Shown here: positions 34,778-39,327 of the stretch, piece by piece | How positions within the stretch are numbered: position 1 is the first letter of the stretch | How the letters are laid out: the number at the start of each line of letters is the position of its first letter | Source of the DNA: Flavobacteriales bacterium | Lineage (GTDB): Bacteria > Bacteroidota > Bacteroidia > Flavobacteriales_D > Cryomorphaceae | Direction of reading: 5' to 3' | Assembly (NCBI GenBank): GCA_020200995.1 | Contig: JAIVHQ010000210.1 | Coordinates: 1-39,327, forward strand | DNA length: 39,327 nt | The notes under the pieces: generated by a model | Database searches by the model: none | Told to the model about the DNA's origin: nothing | Seen by the model: only the letters and a program-made list of their open reading frames with translations | Program-made: the position numbers and the translations under genes

Positions 34778-37700
34778 ATGATTAAACCTCTCATTTACAG
34801 TCTGAATTTCCTCCGCAAATTCAACAGCCCGGCCATACTGCTTGCTTTCTTTTCACTGTTTTTAACACAGTCATCTCTTTTTAGTCAAACAAGTACAGAA
34901 TTTTGGCTGGCACCTCCGCAGGTTACTTCGGGCCACAGTACGGGTGGCAATCCTTCTTATATAAGATTGGCCAGTGGTGCAGAAGCAGCAGATGTGACCA
35001 TCTCTCAACCCGCCAACCCGGGCTTCAACGGTGGTGCTCCGATCACGACCACCCTTGCGCCTAATTCTACGGAGACCATCAACGTAACAGCCCTCCTCCC
35101 CCAACTTTTTACATCGCCTACAGGAACTGTGCTGAATACGGGATTAAAAATCGAATCAACCACTGATATCACGGCCATTTTCGAAATCAGTTCGCCGCAA
35201 AACCCGGATATATGGGCACTCAAGGGGATCAACGGATTGGGAACAGAGTTTTACACCCCCATGCAAAATACCTGGAGAAACGGAAATTACACCCCCGAAC
35301 CCTACACCAGTTTTGACATTGTAGCCACAGAGGACAACACCACCGTACTCATTTACCCCACCTCAGAGTTGGACGGTGGCCAACCGGCCTTTCAGAGTTT
35401 CGTAATTACCTTGAATGAGGGGCAAACCTACTCGGCATCGGTCACGAGCACCAACGGGGCCAACAATCCTTCAGGGTCATCCATCATCTCCGACAAACCC
35501 ATCGCCGTGTCTGTCAAAGATGACTCAGTGTGGCCGCAGCCGGCAGGTTGTAAAGATCTTATCGGTGACCAACTGGTTCCCGTAGACATTGTAGGCAATG
35601 AGTACATTGTAAATAAAGGAGGCCTCACCACGCCCGAATACGCCTATGTAGTGGCCACCCAGACCAACACCCAAATTTCGGTGGGCGGCACAGTTGTGGC
35701 GACCTTATTCAACGGGGAAACCTTTCGCATCACGATTACAGACGACCTGACTTACATTACGGGAAACAAGGATTTTTATTTAATACACGTCAGCGGCTTC
35801 GGCTGCGAAGTGGGCATGGCACTCTTACCGCCACTAAACTGCGCCGGTTCGGAACAAGTGAGTTTCGTACGGGCCACCAACGAAAGCTTTTTCATCAACC
35901 TCCTCGTTCCCGCGGGAGCTGAGGACGATTTTGTACTCAACGGCGACGCAGACATCATCGACCCCGATGATTTCGCTGTGGTGCCCGGTACGGGCGGATT
36001 CTGGGTAGGAGCACAAATTCAGTTTACGACAGGTCAGATTGCTTCAGGTGATCCGAACTTGATTTCAAATTCTCAGGAGCCGTTTTCGCTTGGACTCATC
36101 AACGGAGGGGCCAGCAGCGGCTGTCGTTTTGGCTATTTCTCTGAATTTTCGGCCCCCATCGTAGTGGATGCAGGCCCCGATCAGAGCGTATGTGCCAACC
36201 GCACCACGCAGCTCGACGGCTCCGTGAGCGGCGGTGCCACCCAAGGCGTGTGGAGTACCAATGGTACCGGTGCCTTTATTCCCGATGAATTTACACTGGA
36301 CGCTGTATACGATCCGAGTTTGGCCGACTTGAGCTCGGGCAACATAACACTCACACTCTCATCTGTAGGCAATTGCTTTCCCGTAACCGACGAAGTCGAG
36401 ATCAGCTACAACCCGGCACCCATCGTAGATGCCGGTGCTGAAATAGAAGCATGTGAAAACAACACCGCCGTTTCATTGAACGGCTTTATTGATATAGCGA
36501 CAGGCGGCCTTTGGAGCGGTGGATCAGGAAGTTTCAGCCCCAGCCCTGCGGTACTGAACCCCACATACACCCCCACTGCGACAGAAGTTGAAAACGGCAG
36601 CTTGTGGCTGGTGCTCACCTCTACAGGAAACGGTAACTGCTTTGCAGAGGCAGACAGCGTTTTGGTGACCTGGGGCCCTGCCCCTCTCGCCGATGCCGGC
36701 CCTGATCAAACGGTATGCGCCAACAACGCCACCGTAACATTGGCGGGTGCCGTCACCAATGCAGGCGGCGGTCAGTGGTCGGGCGGCAGTGGTCTTTTCA
36801 CGCCTTCCAATCAGTCACTCACGGCAAGTTACACTCCGACTCCTTTGGAAATATCCACCGGATTCGTGAACCTCACATTGACCACCACGGGAAACGGTGG
36901 ATGCCTGCCTGTGACTGACAATGTCACCCTCTTTTTCAGCCCTGCTCCCGTAGTTGATGCCGGAGCCGATCGGGACATTTGCAGAAACAATGCGGACATC
37001 CAACTCAACGGCTCCGTAACAGTAGCAGGCGGAGCAACGTGGTCGGGAGGTTCAGGCACCTTTGATCCGAGTCCGAATGCCCTCGATGCCGTTTATACCC
37101 CCACTCCGGGAGAACTCTTATTGAGCGGAATCACACTCACGCTCACTTCTACCGACAACGCCGATTGCCTTGCCGAATCGGATCAGGTCACATTCAACTT
37201 CACCAACCCGCCTGTAGTTAATGCCGGTGCTGACGCAAATATTTGCGAAAACAATACGACCATCAATCTGAACGGCTCGCTTACGGGCGCCAACTTCGGT
37301 TTATGGGCGGGAGGAGCAGGCACCTTTAGCCCCAACACAACGACACTGAATGCCACCTATGTGCCAACTCCTGCGGAGATCAGCAACGGCTCTGTAACGC
37401 TGACCCTCACTTCACTCGACAATGGCAATTGCAACCCCGTGGAAGACGAGGTAACCTACACCTTTACCCCTGCCCCAACCGCCGATGCAGGAGCCGACTT
37501 GTTCATTTGCAGCAACAACCCCGCTACTCAGCTCAACGGATCCGTATCAGTGGCAGGCGGCGGCCAGTGGTCGGGTGGATCCGGAAGCTTCAGCCCCGAC
37601 AATACTGCCCTCGGTGCTATTTACAACCCCACAGCAGCGGAAATTTCTAACGGTTCGGTGACCCTGACACTCACCACCACCTCCAACGGAAACTGCACCC

Positions 37701-39327
37701 CTGTCAGCGATCAGGTTCTGATCACTTTTACCCCGTCGCCTACTGCCAATGCAGGAGCTGACCTGGTACTTTGTGCCAACAATGCCGACGTACCCCTCGA
37801 CGGGGTGGTGTCGGTGGCCTCCGGAGGGCAATGGTCGGGTGGATTGGGCAATTATAGCAACGGCTCGGGTAGCCTTGAAAACACATACTCCCCCACGTCG
37901 TCCGAAATAAACAGTGGCAGCCTTACCCTCACTTTGACCACGACGGGCAACGGCAATTGCACCCCCGTGACAGACGAGATCGAAATTTCATTCACCCCTG
38001 CTCCCGAAGTTGATGCCGGACCCTCGATTTCAGTTTGCTCCAACAATGCTCAGGTGTCGCTTTCAGGAGATGTGGATGTTGCAGGGGGAGGTCAATGGTC
38101 GGGTGGAGACGGGACTTTCTTTCCCAACGCCAACAACCTGAATGCCCTGTATACACCAACCTCCGCAGAAATTGCTGCAGGATCGCTTGTGCTCACCCTC
38201 ACTTCAACGGGCAATGGAAATTGCGTACCCGAAGATGATTTTGTGACCATCACATTTACACCTGCCCCGACGGCCAATGCGGGATCGGACGCCACCGTTT
38301 GTGCAAATGATCCCGATGTAAATCTGAACGGTAATGTAAGTGTAGCCTCAGGTGGAATATGGAGTGGTGGCAGCGGGTCTTTTAATCCTAGCAACACTTC
38401 GCTGGGGGCGGTATATACACCCTCAGCCGCTGAGATTGCAAACGGCACCACCACCCTCACCCTGACTACAACAGGTAACAATGACTGTAATGCGGTGTCA
38501 GACAACGTAACCATCACCATCACCCCTCCTCCCGTTGTGGATGCGGGCGCGGGTGGCGAGCTTTGTTCCAACAATGCGGTCATCACCCTCGATGGTTCGG
38601 TCACCATCGCCTCGGGCGGAGCCTGGAGCGGAGGAAGCGGAACTTTTACTCCAAACTCAAGCACACTAAATGCTACCTACACTCCCAGCCAGGGCGAAAT
38701 TAACAGCGGTTCTCTGACCCTGACCCTGACCTCAACCGGAAACAACAACTGCATCGCGGTAACCGATGATGTAACCTACACCTTCGGCCCCTCACCCAAT
38801 GCCGATGCAGGCGCCAACCAAACCCTCTGCGCCAACAATGCCGAGGCAGCGCTCAACGGTGCAGTGACCATCGCAACGGGAGGAACGTGGAGCGGAGGGG
38901 CGGGAAGCTTTTCGCCTTCCGCAAATGCACTCGACGCATTCTATGTGCCGAGCCCCGAAGAAATCACCGCGGGATCGGTGACCCTTACGTTGACGACCAC
39001 CGGAAACGGCGACTGTAATGCCGTGACCGACGAGGTGACCATTAACTACACTCCCGCACCCGTGGCCAATGCCGGAAGCGACCGAACCGTTTGTGCCAAC
39101 AACCCCGACGTAACCCTCAACGGGAACGTGAGTGTGGCCTCCGGCGGAACCTGGAGCGGCGGAGACGGGACATTTGATCCAGACCCCAACACCCTCGGTG
39201 CGGGATACACTCCCTCAGCCGGTGAAATTGCTGCGGGAACCGTGGAACTCACCCTGACCACCACCGGAAACGGAAACTGCCTTGCGGAAAATGACCAGAT
39301 GACCATCACCATCACACCGCCTCCCGT
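34778..39327 (+). CDS. Giant secreted cell-surface repeat protein (adhesin-like), first 1516 codons; the 3' end runs off the right window edge
   Basis: Absent from the ORF track because there is no stop in the window. Manual translation from ATG at 34778 gives MIKPLIYSLNFLRKFNSPAILLAFFSLFLTQSSLFSQTSTEFWLAPPQ..., with a signal peptide. A ~460-aa head follows that resembles the IgGFc-binding-protein N-terminal domain common in Bacteroidota gliding/T9SS cargo proteins, then at least 12 tandem 88-aa repeats. An upstream in-frame stop lies at 34745-34747. Confidence 0.85.
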   Translation, partial: MIKPLIYSLNFLRKFNSPAILLAFFSLFLTQSSLFSQTSTEFWLAPPQVTSGHSTGGNPSYIRLASGAEAADVTISQPANPGFNGGAPITTTLAPNSTETINVTALLPQLFTSPTGTVLNTGLKIESTTDITAIFEISSPQNPDIWALKGINGLGTEFYTPMQNTWRNGNYTPEPYTSFDIVATEDNTTVLIYPTSELDGGQPAFQSFVITLNEGQTYSASVTSTNGANNPSGSSIISDKPIAVSVKDDSVWPQPAGCKDLIGDQLVPVDIVGNEYIVNKGGLTTPEYAYVVATQTNTQISVGGTVVATLFNGETFRITITDDLTYITGNKDFYLIHVSGFGCEVGMALLPPLNCAGSEQVSFVRATNESFFINLLVPAGAEDDFVLNGDADIIDPDDFAVVPGTGGFWVGAQIQFTTGQIASGDPNLISNSQEPFSLGLINGGASSGCRFGYFSEFSAPIVVDAGPDQSVCANRTTQLDGSVSGGATQGVWSTNGTGAFIPDEFTLDAVYDPSLADLSSGNITLTLSSVGNCFPVTDEVEISYNPAPIVDAGAEIEACENNTAVSLNGFIDIATGGLWSGGSGSFSPSPAVLNPTYTPTATEVENGSLWLVLTSTGNGNCFAEADSVLVTWGPAPLADAGPDQTVCANNATVTLAGAVTNAGGGQWSGGSGLFTPSNQSLTASYTPTPLEISTGFVNLTLTTTGNGGCLPVTDNVTLFFSPAPVVDAGADRDICRNNADIQLNGSVTVAGGATWSGGSGTFDPSPNALDAVYTPTPGELLLSGITLTLTSTDNADCLAESDQVTFNFTNPPVVNAGADANICENNTTINLNGSLTGANFGLWAGGAGTFSPNTTTLNATYVPTPAEISNGSVTLTLTSLDNGNCNPVEDEVTYTFTPAPTADAGADLFICSNNPATQLNGSVSVAGGGQWSGGSGSFSPDNTALGAIYNPTAAEISNGSVTLTLTTTSNGNCTPVSDQVLITFTPSPTANAGADLVLCANNADVPLDGVVSVASGGQWSGGLGNYSNGSGSLENTYSPTSSEINSGSLTLTLTTTGNGNCTPVTDEIEISFTPAPEVDAGPSISVCSNNAQVSLSGDVDVAGGGQWSGGDGTFFPNANNLNALYTPTSAEIAAGSLVLTLTSTGNGNCVPEDDFVTITFTPAPTANAGSDATVCANDPDVNLNGNVSVASGGIWSGGSGSFNPSNTSLGAVYTPSAAEIANGTTTLTLTTTGNNDCNAVSDNVTITITPPPVVDAGAGGELCSNNAVITLDGSVTIASGGAWSGGSGTFTPNSSTLNATYTPSQGEINSGSLTLTLTSTGNNNCIAVTDDVTYTFGPSPNADAGANQTLCANNAEAALNGAVTIATGGTWSGGAGSFSPSANALDAFYVPSPEEITAGSVTLTLTTTGNGDCNAVTDEVTINYTPAPVANAGSDRTVCANNPDVTLNGNVSVASGGTWSGGDGTFDPDPNTLGAGYTPSAGEIAAGTVELTLTTTGNGNCLAENDQMTITITPPP
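36152..39327 (+). repeat. Coding tandem array: 12 units of about 88 codons (264 nt)
   Basis: Consensus by eye: P-x-(A/V)-(D/N)-A-G-x-D-x-x-(V/I)-C-x-N-x5-L-(N/D)-G-x-V-x2-A-x-GG-x-WSGG-x-G-x-F-x-P-x4-L-x-A-x-YTP(T/S)-x2-EI-x2-G-x-(V/L)-x-LTLT(T/S)TGNGNC-x-(P/A)-V-x-D-x-V-x-I-x-(F/Y)-TP. The (D/N)AG codon starts at 36167, 36428, 36692, 36956, 37220, 37484, 37748, 38012, 38276, 38540, 38804 and 39068. Confidence 0.9.

Noticed and set aside
34871-39315. Short ORFs on both strands across the last 4.5 kb (for example 38092-38664 minus, 190 aa)
   Set aside because: All overlap the single long plus-strand frame of the repeat protein. Their periodic similarity is just the reverse or off-frame image of the 264-nt coding repeat.
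36152-39327. The regular 264-nt periodicity as a possible CRISPR-like or satellite array
   Set aside because: The period is a multiple of three and the whole array is one open reading frame with conserved amino-acid motifs. There is no short-repeat/unique-spacer structure. It is a coding tandem repeat.

Overview
This 39.3-kb chromosomal window looks like Bacteroidota. It has TAnnTTTG -7 promoter boxes, an ECF-sigma/FecR/STN-TonB-receptor/DUF4249 operon, several TTG starts and a giant Cys-repeat surface protein. I count about 38 protein genes and 2 tRNAs, and I saw no rRNA, CRISPR array, transposase, integrase or phage genes. Two real genes are missing from the supplied ORF track because they run off the window edges. 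One is an ATP-dependent DNA ligase (1-870, minus). The other is a secreted repeat protein of at least 1516 codons (34778 to beyond 39327, plus). Main content, left to right: (1) the four-gene ligase-associated DNA damage response set is split into two pairs, ligase+exonuclease at 1-1892 and Lhr-like helicase+PdeM at 12575-15672. (2) The 10.7 kb between them holds RidA, a YhdH-type reductase, a complete cell-surface-signalling operon (ECF sigma, FecR, STN-TonB receptor, DUF4249), a second sigma-less FecR module with a large polytopic membrane protein and two micro-ORFs, and an aldo/keto reductase. (3) Next come housekeeping genes: fructosamine kinase, convergent tRNA-Met(CAT) and tRNA-Ala(GGC), HAD, SDR, an OmpR-type two-component pair, ALDH and rpoN. 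(4) A sugar-nucleotide cluster (galE, DUF4301, phospho-sugar mutase, rfbB, rfbD) follows, in which two adjacent genes are broken: DUF4301 by a -1 frame break and the mutase by one in-frame TAA. (5) A ChaN-like gene and the giant surface protein close the window. The surface protein carries at least 12 tandem 88-aa two-Cys repeats locked at 264 nt. I do not see a complete, compelling novel multi-gene system such as a defence island. The best candidates for something undescribed are the repeat family of the giant protein, the orphan FecR/membrane-protein/micro-ORF module, and the broken DUF4301/mutase pair. All functional calls rest on motif recognition by eye, since no database search was possible.
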